Virus record (IMG/VR): IMGVR_UViG_3300033076_000113
Coordinates: 1-35,105 of that record
Origin: a virus
Taxonomy: Duplodnaviria; Caudoviricetes
Strand: one strand, 5' to 3'
Length of the DNA: 35,105 nucleotides
The notes under the pieces are model-generated. The model made no database searches. It worked only from the letters and a program-made list of their open reading frames with translations, and had not been told where the DNA came from. Positions 8,447 through 19,100 of this stretch are shown here, in pieces. Made by a program: the position numbers and the translations under genes. Each line of letters starts with the position of its first letter. Position 1 is the first letter of the stretch.

Positions 8447-8851
8447 ATGTCAGAGCAACAAAACGTAGCCGACCTTGTGGCGGTGTACCGCAAACTGCGG
8501 GCAGCCATCGCAGAGGCGGAAGAAGAACATGAGACCAAGATCAAAGGTCTTAAGGAGCAGATGGACCTTGTGTCTGCTGAACTCCTCAACTTCTGCAATG
8601 AGCAGAACCTCGACAGCGTGAAGACGCCAGCGGGGACCATCTCACGGCGTGTCCAGACCCGTTACTGGACCACCGACTGGGAGCAGATGAACAACTTCAT
8701 CGTGGAGCACAATGCTGTGCACCTGCTGGAGAAGCGCATCCATAACGGTAACATGAAGCAGTTTCTGGAAGAGAACCCGGACGCTCTCCCCATCGGCCTA
8801 CAGGTCGATAACAAGTACGTGATCCAAGTCCGCAAACCGAGCGAGAAGTAA
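8447..8851 (+). CDS. conserved phage replication-module coiled-coil protein
   Basis: AAGGAG at 8435-8440 favours ATG 8447; coiled coil then SVKTPAGTISR...DWEQM. Confidence 0.8.
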   Translation: MSEQQNVADLVAVYRKLRAAIAEAEEEHETKIKGLKEQMDLVSAELLNFCNEQNLDSVKTPAGTISRRVQTRYWTTDWEQMNNFIVEHNAVHLLEKRIHNGNMKQFLEENPDALPIGLQVDNKYVIQVRKPSEK

Positions 8852-8852
8852 T

Positions 8853-9794
8853 ATGAGCAACATCACCATTTTTGAAGAACCATCCAACCTACCCACCGTG
8901 AAGCGCGAGTCGCGCCGCATGGACCGCATGTCCAGCGGTGGCAGCAGCACTCTGCGCCGCATCCAGCTTAGCAATGGCCGCACGTTCAAGCGCGTGGTCG
9001 GCGGCGAGCAGATCGGTAAGGCTGCCCCCAACCAGTTGGACGTTATCGTCGTTGACTGGCTCCCGGAGCCGAGCCGCAAGTTCTACGCATCGGCGTATGA
9101 CAAGGACGCTAAGCCGACCCTGCCTGACTGCTGGTCGAATGACGGCGTGGCCCCCGATGCAGGTGCCAAGAACAAGCAGGGTTCCTCCTGCGCCAACTGC
9201 CCCAAGAACGTGAAGGGTTCGGGCCAGAACGGTAAGGGCAAGGCATGCCGCTACGAGCGCCGTCTGGCTGTCCTCGTTGCTGGTGACCCCAGCGGCGATG
9301 TGTACCAGATTTCGATCCCGGGTGCTTCGCTGTTCAGCGACAACGATGGCAACGTCTACGGCTTTGAGGGCTACAAGAAGTTCCTCCTCGCCAACGGCGA
9401 AGCTCTGGATACGGTCGTAACCCGTATCATCTACGACGAAGAAGCTGACACCGCCAAGGTTGGGTTCAAGGCAGTTCGCCACCTGACCGAAGTCGAGTCT
9501 GGCTTCGTGGATCAGGCACAGGATGACCCGGCTACCGAGAAGTACATCCTGCTGACTGCTGGTGCGATTGATGGTGCCAAGGCTCCGGCTGCTCAGGCCA
9601 ACAAGCCGCTGGCTCTGGAAGCTGCGCCGAGCGCCGCTCCGGCCAATCCGTTTGGTGATGACGACGAGGACGAGGAAGAAGTTCCGGCTGAACCTGCCAA
9701 GCGTGCGGCAAAGCCGAAGGCTGCTGCTGAGGCCAAGCCGGAACTGGCTTCGGTTCTGGGCCAATGGCTGGATGACGACGGGGATGAGGACTAA
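8853..9794 (+). CDS. putative single-stranded DNA-binding protein
   Basis: Highly biased codons; CWS..G..P, CANCPKN...ACR; A/P linker and acidic tail WLDDDGDED; position between helicase and primase. Confidence 0.65.
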   Translation: MSNITIFEEPSNLPTVKRESRRMDRMSSGGSSTLRRIQLSNGRTFKRVVGGEQIGKAAPNQLDVIVVDWLPEPSRKFYASAYDKDAKPTLPDCWSNDGVAPDAGAKNKQGSSCANCPKNVKGSGQNGKGKACRYERRLAVLVAGDPSGDVYQISIPGASLFSDNDGNVYGFEGYKKFLLANGEALDTVVTRIIYDEEADTAKVGFKAVRHLTEVESGFVDQAQDDPATEKYILLTAGAIDGAKAPAAQANKPLALEAAPSAAPANPFGDDDEDEEEVPAEPAKRAAKPKAAAEAKPELASVLGQWLDDDGDED

Positions 9795-9796
9795 TC

Positions 9797-10024
9797 ATGC
9801 GAGGCTACAGCATCCGCGTAGCCGAGGCTATTCAGGGGGCTGATGCCAGTCTCCTCGGGGTGCAACTCGGGCGGGCTTGTCTCGCCCGGGACATCTCCGT
9901 CTCGGAAGCAGCGAAGGGGTTGAACGTCACGCGCCAAACGGTCTACCACTGGTTCCTTGGGCTGAGTGAGCCAAGGGGCAAGGCCCGGGACGCGATCCAG
10001 ACCTACCTAGCCTCGTTCGACTGA
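9797..10024 (+). CDS. XRE/Cro-like HTH protein
   Basis: ISVSEAAKGLNVTRQTVYHWFLG. Confidence 0.85.
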   Translation: MRGYSIRVAEAIQGADASLLGVQLGRACLARDISVSEAAKGLNVTRQTVYHWFLGLSEPRGKARDAIQTYLASFD

Positions 10025-10066
10025 GGCAACCATTAGAGCAAATTAATAGCGGGATTTCCCGCAACG

Positions 10067-12922
10067 GTGAGTGATGCAATGCAACAACCTGATCTCTTGA
10101 CCCTAGTGCAGCCAGCGGAAGGCTGGTTCGCCATCACGGGCATCAAGGGTAAGGGTAAGAACGCTGACGTCCGTCAGGAGCTTGTGGCTACGCGAGAAGA
10201 GGCAGATGCCCTCGTCGAGCAGTTCGTCCAAGCCGGGCGCAATGCGTTCTTTGGGGTGGCTAAGTACAAGACGGGTGACAACCGCAAGAAGGAGAACGTC
10301 CTTGGCCTCAAGGCGTTCTGGCTCGATGTGGACTGCGGCCCGGACAAAGCGGAACCCAACCCCAAGACCGGACGGCCTGACGGCTATGTGGACCAGAAGG
10401 CGGGGCTGGATGCCCTGATGGGCTTCTGCAAAACAATCGGTCTCCCTATCCCTACTCTCGTAAACTCCGGCGGTGGTATCCACGCCTACTGGCCTCTGGA
10501 AGAGACTGTATCCCGGCGCGACTGGGAGCCTGTGGCTGAGCGCTTCAAGGAAGTGTGCCGCACCCAGAACTTCTACGTTGACCCGGCTGTCTTCGAAGTG
10601 GCGCGCATCCTGCGTGTCCCCGGCACGTTCAACTTCAAGGAAGAAGAGCCGCGCCCGGTCGAGTTCATCCATGTGGGCAAGCCTACCACGCTGGAGGCTA
10701 TGCGCGCTGCGCTCGGTGTTAAGAAGCAAGCGTCGATCTTCGACGACGACTTCGAGATGACCCCACGCCAGAAGGCCATGATGAGCGGGGTGGGCTACAA
10801 CTTTAAGAAGATCATGCAGCGCACCGCCAAGGGTGATGGCTGCAACCAGCTTCTACACGCGTACCAGCACCGGGATAGCATCACTTACCACGAATGGTTC
10901 TACGCGCTCTCTGTGGCTGCCATGTGCGAGGACGCCGATAAGGCGGTGCACATGATGTCTGATGGGCATCCGGACTATGACCCGGAGACCGTGGACAAGA
11001 AGGTAGCCACCATCAAGAAGGCGACCAGTTGCGCCAAGTTCCGCAGTGTCAATCCTGACCTGTGCGATGGTTGTCCACATCTGGATAAGATCATGGGACC
11101 CAAGGAACTGGGCAAGGTGGTCAAGGAGTCCAACGAGGACTTTGTAGAGGTTGAGGTCGAGCCGGGTGTGGTCGAGCAGATCGACATCCCTAAGTATCCG
11201 TTCCCGTTCTACCGGGGCGAAGATGGCGGTATCTGGCGCAAACCACCCAAGGACGCGCCTCCTGAAACGGAACCCATGTTCGTCTATCCGTACGACTTCT
11301 ATGTCGTGAAGCGGATGCACGATCCGGGTGAGGGCGACTCGGCGCTAATGAGACTGCACCTACCACAGGATGGGTTGCGTGAGTTCATTGTGCCCATGGC
11401 GAAGGTAACCACGAAGGATGAGCTTCGCAAAATCCTCTCGTCCAACGGGGTCTACTCCTACGGGGCACGGTTCGACGCGCTGATGGACTACGTCCTCAAG
11501 TCAGCAGAGCAGCTACAAGACAGACAGAAAGCAGAGATCATGCGGCAGCAGTTTGGTTGGGTCGATAACAACAGCCGGTTCGTGCTGGGCGACCAAGAGA
11601 TCACCGTCGAGGGGAATGTCTACTCCCCTCCGTCTAAGGCCACTAGCAAGCTGGCCAAGTTCATCGGCCCGGTGGGCACGCTGGAGAACTGGAAGGAAGT
11701 CTGGGCGCTGTTTGGCCAAGAAGGGATGGAAGCACAGGCGTTCGCTGCGCTTAGCGCGTTTGGCTCTCCGCTGCTCAAGTTCCTCAACCAGACCGGGGCC
11801 ATCATCAACCTGTTCAACCCGCGCTCCGGTACGGGTAAGACCACGATCCTCAACATGGTGAACAGTGTCTACGGGCACCCGAAGGAACTGCGCCTCAAGG
11901 AGATCGACACTATGAACGGTCGGCTCCAGTGGGTGGGCATCCTCAATAACCTGCCGCCTACGATGGACGAGCTTACCAACGCCACGCCGAAGGAATATTC
12001 GGACCTGCTCTACATCATGTCCAATGGTAAGGGTAAGGAGCGCATGTTGGCGGGGTCCAACGAACTGCGCGAGAACAACACCACATGGCAGAACATCACG
12101 GTCTCGACATCCAACTCGTCGTTCGCTGAGAAGCTGTCGGTCCTCAAGGATAACCCGGAAGGCGAACTGATGCGCCTGATCGAGTACCCCATCGGGCTGG
12201 TAGACGCGATCAACACGGCGCATGCCAAGAACCTGTTCGATCAGGTGCTGTTCGCTAACTACGGGCACGCTGGACCGGTCTACATCCGCTACCTACTGGC
12301 CAACCTAGAGCAGGTTCAGACCAAGTGCCTCGCCATGCAAGCCAAGATCGACAAGGAGCTTCAGCTTCTTCCCAAGGAGCGGTTCTGGTCAGCCACGTTC
12401 GCTGCCAACATCCAAGGTGGGCTGTTCGCCAAGCGGTGCGGTCTGATCGACTGGGATATGACCCGTATCTATAACTGGTCGTGCAAGCAGATCGAGCGGC
12501 TGCGGGTCGAGACTGAGGCCCCTCTTGACGGACCAGAGCAGGCGGTCGGTGATTACCTCTACCGGCATATGCAGAACATCCTCGTCGTCAACGGTGAGGC
12601 TGACCGGCGCACTAACCTGTACGCAGGGCCGGTGCGCGAACCAAAGGGTGAGTTGCTGGTCCGCATCGAGCCGGACACCAAGATGATGTTCTTCATCGCC
12701 AAGCACTTCAAGGAATACTGCGTTAAGTACCAGATCAACTACAACCAGACCCTCGACAAGCTGGAGCAGCAGGGCCGTCTGGTGAAGAAGGCTGGGAAGC
12801 GCCTGTCCAAGGGTATGGCGGTCTCCGGTGAAAATATCCACTGCCTCTGGTTCAAGCTCTCGGAAGACTTCGTCGGGGTAGACGAGTACGTCCAGCCGGA
12901 CGCCGAGGACGATGCTGATTGA
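10067..12922 (+). CDS. primase-helicase (RepB-like primase plus DUF927-type ATPase); start may be ATG 10079
   Basis: WLDVD, NSGGGIHAYW, RILRVPGTFN primase motifs; Cys cluster; SGTGKTT Walker A, MDE Walker B, GKGKER. Confidence 0.9.
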   Translation: MSDAMQQPDLLTLVQPAEGWFAITGIKGKGKNADVRQELVATREEADALVEQFVQAGRNAFFGVAKYKTGDNRKKENVLGLKAFWLDVDCGPDKAEPNPKTGRPDGYVDQKAGLDALMGFCKTIGLPIPTLVNSGGGIHAYWPLEETVSRRDWEPVAERFKEVCRTQNFYVDPAVFEVARILRVPGTFNFKEEEPRPVEFIHVGKPTTLEAMRAALGVKKQASIFDDDFEMTPRQKAMMSGVGYNFKKIMQRTAKGDGCNQLLHAYQHRDSITYHEWFYALSVAAMCEDADKAVHMMSDGHPDYDPETVDKKVATIKKATSCAKFRSVNPDLCDGCPHLDKIMGPKELGKVVKESNEDFVEVEVEPGVVEQIDIPKYPFPFYRGEDGGIWRKPPKDAPPETEPMFVYPYDFYVVKRMHDPGEGDSALMRLHLPQDGLREFIVPMAKVTTKDELRKILSSNGVYSYGARFDALMDYVLKSAEQLQDRQKAEIMRQQFGWVDNNSRFVLGDQEITVEGNVYSPPSKATSKLAKFIGPVGTLENWKEVWALFGQEGMEAQAFAALSAFGSPLLKFLNQTGAIINLFNPRSGTGKTTILNMVNSVYGHPKELRLKEIDTMNGRLQWVGILNNLPPTMDELTNATPKEYSDLLYIMSNGKGKERMLAGSNELRENNTTWQNITVSTSNSSFAEKLSVLKDNPEGELMRLIEYPIGLVDAINTAHAKNLFDQVLFANYGHAGPVYIRYLLANLEQVQTKCLAMQAKIDKELQLLPKERFWSATFAANIQGGLFAKRCGLIDWDMTRIYNWSCKQIERLRVETEAPLDGPEQAVGDYLYRHMQNILVVNGEADRRTNLYAGPVREPKGELLVRIEPDTKMMFFIAKHFKEYCVKYQINYNQTLDKLEQQGRLVKKAGKRLSKGMAVSGENIHCLWFKLSEDFVGVDEYVQPDAEDDAD

Positions 12923-13106
12923 GGGCGTCACCTATGATGTGGACTGGCCGAGGTTCAAAAAGGGGAGGTCGCTCTTCTTCCCCTGCCTCGATCAGGCACG
13001 CGCCGAGACACAACTAATGGTGGTCCTCAACCGCCTCCGCATCAAGGTCTTGGTCAAGCACGTTATCGAAGACGGGATTAGGGGTTTACGGGTCTGGCGC
13101 ATGTGA
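12912..13106 (+). CDS. hypothetical protein
   Basis: GAGGA RBS; ends GIRGLRVWRM, a frequent ending in small phage DNA-binding proteins. Confidence 0.75.
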   Translation: MLIEGVTYDVDWPRFKKGRSLFFPCLDQARAETQLMVVLNRLRIKVLVKHVIEDGIRGLRVWRM

Positions 13107-13113
13107 GTATACG
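13085..13113 (+). promoter_or_regulatory. putative promoter for junction sRNA
   Basis: TTTACG (13085-13090), 17 bp, TATACG (13108-13113), ending 6 nt before hairpin 1. Confidence 0.55.
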
Positions 13114-13119
13114 GGCGCT

Positions 13120-13195
13120 GGAAGTTTGCTCCTTCCGTCGGGTGCATTGCATCACTCCCGAACCCCCGGCTGCCTCACTCAGCCGGGGGTTTTTT
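13120..13195 (+). ncRNA. candidate three-hairpin trans-acting antisense sRNA
   Basis: Hairpins GGAAG/CTTCC (13120-13136), TCGGG/CCCGA (13138-13161) and terminator; 11-15 nt exact complementarity to helicase and primase start regions. Confidence 0.7.
13161..13195 (+). terminator. intrinsic terminator between convergent modules
   Basis: AACCCCCGGCTG-cctcact-CAGCCGGGGGTT followed by T run. Confidence 0.9.
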
Positions 13196-16100
13196 ATTGC
13201 CCAAGCTCGGCTGCGCGCCGTTCCGCCTCAGACTGACGCACTGGGATTTTCGGATTGTAGCCAAGGCCACCTTCCCGCTGCGCAGCATCCGCGCTCTTAC
13301 TGGCGTAGGACTTCTGCTTGTCTTCCTCAGTGATCTCGTTCGACGGGTAGTTGAGGTTGTAGATTTTGATCGCCCGCTCGGCTTCCTGAAACTCCTTGGC
13401 GGTCTCAGGGGTCGGGTTGAGGTAGTAGGCCCGAGCAGCGCGGTACCGCTGACCCAGCAACTGGGTAGCCTCAGCAGCGATGCCCTTTTCGATGTCAGTG
13501 GCGGCGATGTCCAACTGCATGTTGCGCGAAGTCTCTGCGTCACCAAACCCGAGAGACTGCATCCCCGTCTTGTACAGGGTGTAGTAGCTGGGGTCCTTTA
13601 GCATAACATCACGGTCTGCCCCCACCACGAGACCTTCGTCCCGCAGCCGCTGGGCCTTGATGAAGTTGCGGATCATGGCGGGCATGCCCGTCTCAATGGC
13701 CTTATCAATGTCCCCAGCGTTGAACTGCTTCCACGACTTAAGGAACGAGGCATACATAGAGCCAGTGGCACCAGCACCGGCACGCCCCATGAACTCGAAC
13801 AGCCGCACCTCAGGGTCATCTGACTTAGTAGCAACCGGGTGCCACAGATCGCCCAGTGAGACCGATCCAGACAGGTCTACGTTAAAGAGGCCCGGAAGCC
13901 CGATGTCGGCGGCTGCCTCCAGCTTCTTCGCCGCAGTGTCACCAACACCCAGCATAGAAGCCAGTGTGCCGTTGGGTCCAAACATCTGGGGAATCCATTC
14001 GGTCCGGATGTAGTACTCCATATCCTTCTTGCTCAGTTCGTGCCCCTTTTCGTCGGCGTACTTGAGCATTTCCTTCTGGATGGTCTCGTCGGTCAGGTAG
14101 CCGCCAGCAACTTCCTTGTCCTTGTCCTCATCATCGTCACCCAGACCCTTGACGAACTCCATCAGACCGTAGCCCAGCATGGCGAGGGCATAGAACTGAG
14201 TAGCACGGAAACCGCCGTAGAGCGCGGTCATCGCCCCCACGCCGAAGAACACCTTGGCCGAGGCGACCTTACCTTCCTTGTTGAAGTACGGGAGCATCCC
14301 GTAGAAGCTACGGAACAGCAGCGACGACATGGTGATGCTGTACGAGCGCATCTGAAGTGCCAGCCGCCCGACCGGTGCCTTGGAGTAGCGCGACTTGTTC
14401 CAGTTGGTGAAGTCGAACATCGCCTTCCGGGTGAGCTTGTCTGCCTGTTTCATGGCAGCATCACCAGCAGCAGCCGGGTCCATGCCTCCCTTGAGATTGC
14501 GCTCGTAGGCCAGTTCGAAGGCCGACATATACATGATCTCACGCCCGATACGCTCGGTGCTATGGAAGAGCGCACCCATGGCATTGATGGCGTTCCCAGT
14601 AGCCCTCTGGGCTGCGGTCAGCACTTCCCCACGGCGCAGAGCCTGCACGGCCCCAAAGTCCCCGGTGGGGGTATCAGCACGCTCATAGATGTCTGCCCCC
14701 GCTGAGAACGTGCTCTCGGTGACGTCGTGGTCCTTGGCGTACTCCCATGCCTTCTGCATAGCAGCGTAGCGGTCAGGATCGGTCTCTTGCAGGCCACGGA
14801 TGTACGCGCTGTCTTCCGCCGTGAACTTGGGGAACTCCAGCTTCACATTACCTTCTTCGTCCCGGAACGGGACCGCCATGCGCTTACCGGTCAGCAGTTC
14901 TGCCGTGTAGCGGGTAGCCATGCCGTAGGTGGCCTTCTCACCAAACTCAGCCGACAGGGTGGGCAGACCCACGATGTGAAGCTGGGTAAGGTTCATGGCA
15001 GCCGACTTCACCCCGGACAGGAAGAAGAGGAAGGTGCCCTTGGCATTGACGCTGACGAAGCGGTCAAACCAGCCATTGATGTCTGGCGACATGATCCCTT
15101 CAACGCGCATCTCGATCTCGCGGGTCATCGTATCCAGCCGGGGCTTGGACGGATTACCCGCAGTCTCGGCGTAGGATGCCTCGATGAGGTTCTTCAGCCT
15201 GTAGTTGTACGCAAGCCTGCCAAGCTGGCTGGCAGAGGCTACCGCAGTAGACGCAAAGGTGCGCAGTGCGTCGGTGCTGAAACCAGTCTTGAACTCGCGG
15301 TGGATGAAGCGCCGACGCATGTCTGCCTCAGGCAGCGCCATCAGGTACATCTGGAAGATGTTGTCCTTGAGGACGTCCACATCGGTGACATTGTCCCCCT
15401 CGATCTTGTCGAGGATGTTCCGGAGTGCCACGCTGGCGTCCGCAGCCTTGCTACGCAGTCCGTTGCGCAGGGTGTCCTTACCTTGGCTGAAGTCGATAGC
15501 GCGCGTCTCACCCTCGGCCTTAATCTTCCGGACGAAGTCCTGCTGCTCTCCGAGGCTTTCGAACAGGTGAAACTCGCTGTTCGGACCCTTACCGACGCTA
15601 ACCCAGTATTCACCAAAGCGCTTGAGCGGGAAGTAGATGCTGCGTGCCCGCGCCTTGGCGAACATTTCATCGACCGCCGACTTAAGCTCGACAGCCTTCT
15701 CGTTCTCGAACTGAGATGCGTCGATGCGCTCCATGAGGAGACGGTAGTGCTCCTCGAAGGTATTGCGGTAATGGTCCCGGGCCAGACGGAAGATGCGCTT
15801 GCCAGCGCCGCCACCCATCTTGGCATCCGACAGGTCGTTCCAACCATACACCTTAGCGCCAGTGTCGGGGTCTTCACCACCATAGTAGACGCGCTGGATT
15901 TCCCCACGGCGGCGGCTGATCTGCCCCTTGAGCGCGTTCTTTTTCTTCGGGTCCGTTTCGGCTGCTAGCTTAGTAGCAAGCTCGATCAGCTTGGTATCAA
16001 CCTTGGCGTACTCTGCTGCCGACGCAGCCAGCGTTGGGTCCACATCGTACATGTTGGCGATGTACATTACATCGGCCAGCGCCTGATTGCCCTCCTCAAA

Positions 16101-19100
16101 GCGCGAGGCAAACTCAGTCCACTTCTCGGATACAGACGAAGCAGCCTGCATAAGCCGATTGATGTAGGGGCTGTACTCATCCCGGATCATATCGTCGATC
16201 TTCGAGATGTTCTCCATGCCAGCACGCTCAGCGAGGCGCACCACGTCCTCGGTCATCATCGGACCAAGCAGCTTCTGGAGGAGCGGTGGGGGGACGCTAT
16301 TGAAGAGGCTCGTCAGGAGATTGACGTCGTCGTTCTGACCACGCGCAAGCAGCATCAGCTTACCCGACAGGCTCAGGGCCTCTTCGGCATTACGGCTCTT
16401 AACGATCCGCTGCTGCATGTTGCTGAGCTTCATCCGGCGGATACCGGCGGCTTCTTCCAGTCGCTTGATCTGCCCCTTGGTCAGCTTGGCTGATACAACC
16501 TGATCGACGTTGGCGTCAGTTACCGGCTCCGTGCCACCCTGAGCGCCTGCTCCAGTGTCCCGCCCTGCTCCAGCACTGCCAGTACGTTCGAAAGATGGGC
16601 CGAGTACGGATTCCCCGGTGCTTCCTGCTCCGCTAGGTCCGCGTACGTCGCCAGTTCCGCCGTCGCCTGCTCCTTCGGATGCTTGCTCTGGGCTGCCTTC
16701 TGTAAAACGATTTCCGCGATATTCGACGGTGATGTCGGGGTTTTTGCCATTGAAAAGCTCCACGCCGAGTTGGACAATATCGGCATAATCGTTGGCGACT
16801 GTAGTCGCAAAAGCAGTCTTGAACCAGTCATAGTCGAACTGGTCATCAGCTTCCAAGTTCAACAGGATGTCCTGCATCTCGGCAGGGAAGTTAGCGTTAT
16901 GGCTGCGCACCTTATGGTGAGCAAGCTCGTGAACCATCGTGCCGACGATGCCGTAACCAGCGCGCAGACCATCCCCATACTTGGGGACCAACGGGTTGAT
17001 GAAGCTACCTGAGAACGGCAGCCGGATCGAGACACCACGATACTCAGGGTCAAACGAGACACCAATCGCTTCGTCGCGGAGGCTACCATAACCCATGACG
17101 CGAGCGACTTCGTTGCGCAGCGTGAGGAACGCGTCCCCGTTGTAGCGCATGAAGTCATCAAAGCGCTGCCCGAACCGGCGGCGCATATAGTCCGGGATCG
17201 ACATCTTCTCACCAGTGGCGTTGATGACCACATCGGTGTTGTCGTGGACCATGACCGCATTCGTGTCGATGAGGTCCGGGCTAACCGTAAGGTCGCTGGC
17301 GCTCGGGATACCAGCCTTCAGTTCATCCGGGGTCAGTTCGGGCATTTCCTGCCCGTTGACCAGCAGTTCCCCGTTCTCGCCAACCGTGATCTGGTCGCCC
17401 TCTGCAATGCGCGTGAAGGCCGTGTCCTGCACCGGGATGTCCGGCGTAAGGTCTACCATCGGGCCAAGCTGGCCATCGGGCTGAAAGTACTGGATGCTAC
17501 CGAAGCTCGTCGCTTCTCCAGCCCTACTCTTGTAGGCATAGATAGCGTCAACGTACTTCTTAACCTTACCAAACTCCATCTTGGCGTCGTCGGTAAAGTT
17601 TTGGCGGTTGAAGTTGAACGGGTACCCCGGCTGGTCCGGCTTCACGGACGGCACGATGTCCACATAGAAGGTATAAGGGACCGAAGGCCCCCACATGTCT
17701 GAAGGGTCTTTCTTCACCGCAGTCGAGAACTGCCACAGCCCGTTCGACAGGATGTGCATGTTCTCACCATAGGTCTGCGCGGTCTGGTTGCGAGTGACAT
17801 AGACCTTGGCAGTACCCCATGGGAACTTCACTCCGACAAACTGGGTGTAGTCCTCAACTGGGAAGTTCGAGCCGACCTTAACGTCTTCTGGCCCCATGTA
17901 GCTGCGACCTTGGAAGGTGACAGCGATGTTCGAGAACAGGGGGCTGAGTTCAAGTGACGGGACGCCATCCAGCCAGCGGGGAAGCTCCTTGATTTTGTAG
18001 TCGCCAGCTTCTTCCGGGATCGTCAACTGGATGATGGTGCCATGCCCGTCAGGGAACACCATGAAGTCCGGACCCGCAAAGTCACGGACCTCGATGTCCG
18101 GGGCCTGATTAGGATCGTCGAGTGAAGCGAAAAGCTGCTCGCCTGTCACGTCCATCTCAGCGATGCGCCCATCCCGCGCAGTGGTCACGCGGATGTTCTT
18201 GTTGGCGTAGAGGAACAGCATCTTGGCGATGCCGAAGCCGCCCGCGTTCTTGTCGCCTTCCTTGGCCGTACCAGCGATCTCAAGGAACTTACCGCCCAGC
18301 AGTTCGGGCGTCATACCGATCCCGTTGTCCTTGACCGTCAGCTTGCGGCCATCATCCGAGACGACGATGTCGATCTTACCCTGCTGGACCTGCCCTTCGT
18401 TAACCGCAGTCCGGGTAGCGTCGAACGAGTTCTGGAGGACTTCCTTGATGCAGACCTGACCCATATTGGTCGGGTCACCATAAAGCTGCGGGCCGAGCAT
18501 CTTAGCCATGCGGGTGGCGTTGATCCCCGGCTTGGCGCGGATCGTCTCGTACTCAGGATCGTAGGGCGTTACCTGCTCGACCATGTCCTCCTTTGGCATG
18601 GCATCGACTTCCGCCTGTGCCATGTTGAGGACCTTCTCAGCCGCAGTCTTACCGGGCTTGCGCTTAATGGTCGCCTTGACCGCCTTGGCCTTGGCACCCT
18701 TGGTACCGACCGCCTTGACCTTCTCCGGTGCGCGAGCGGGAGCAGCCTTAGCTGCTGCTTGCGTAGGTGCAGCCTGCGCTTCAGCGACGCGTTCTTGTGC
18801 CCACTGCTGCCCAGCCTTGTAGGCGTCCAGAGCGTCTTGGCCCTGCGCTTCTAGGATTTGCTGGTCGGGGAGCGGCTCACGCCCACGCTGAGTGTCCACT
18901 GCGCCTTCACGGAACATGCCCGGATCAAGGCCACGGTCCTGCGCTTCCGACACGGCGAAGCGGTCGAGGTTCTCCGCAATCTGCTGCGGAGTGTACTGCG
19001 GTTCTGGCGTGATAGAAGGTGCTTGGGTGGCGGGGCGCACCATGCTGCCGTCAGGCTGCTCTTGGAAGCCGAAGCCCTTGTACCATTCGGTCAGTTCGGT

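Noticed and set aside
9960-9970. 11-nt matches to the terminator hairpin (GGCTGAGTGAG here; TGAGGCAGCCG at 5999-6009)
   Set aside because: Inside coding regions, not at starts, and they need stem bases; plausible by chance. A hairpin 3 target may lie outside the window
13103-13333. 76-aa + strand ORF across the junction
   Set aside because: Runs through the terminator and antisense into the giant gene; no RBS; atypical composition
14727-15968. Long antisense ORFs (also 21481-22578, 8889-9764, 18858-19736)
   Set aside because: Shadow frames expected opposite GC3-biased genes; no recognisable motifs
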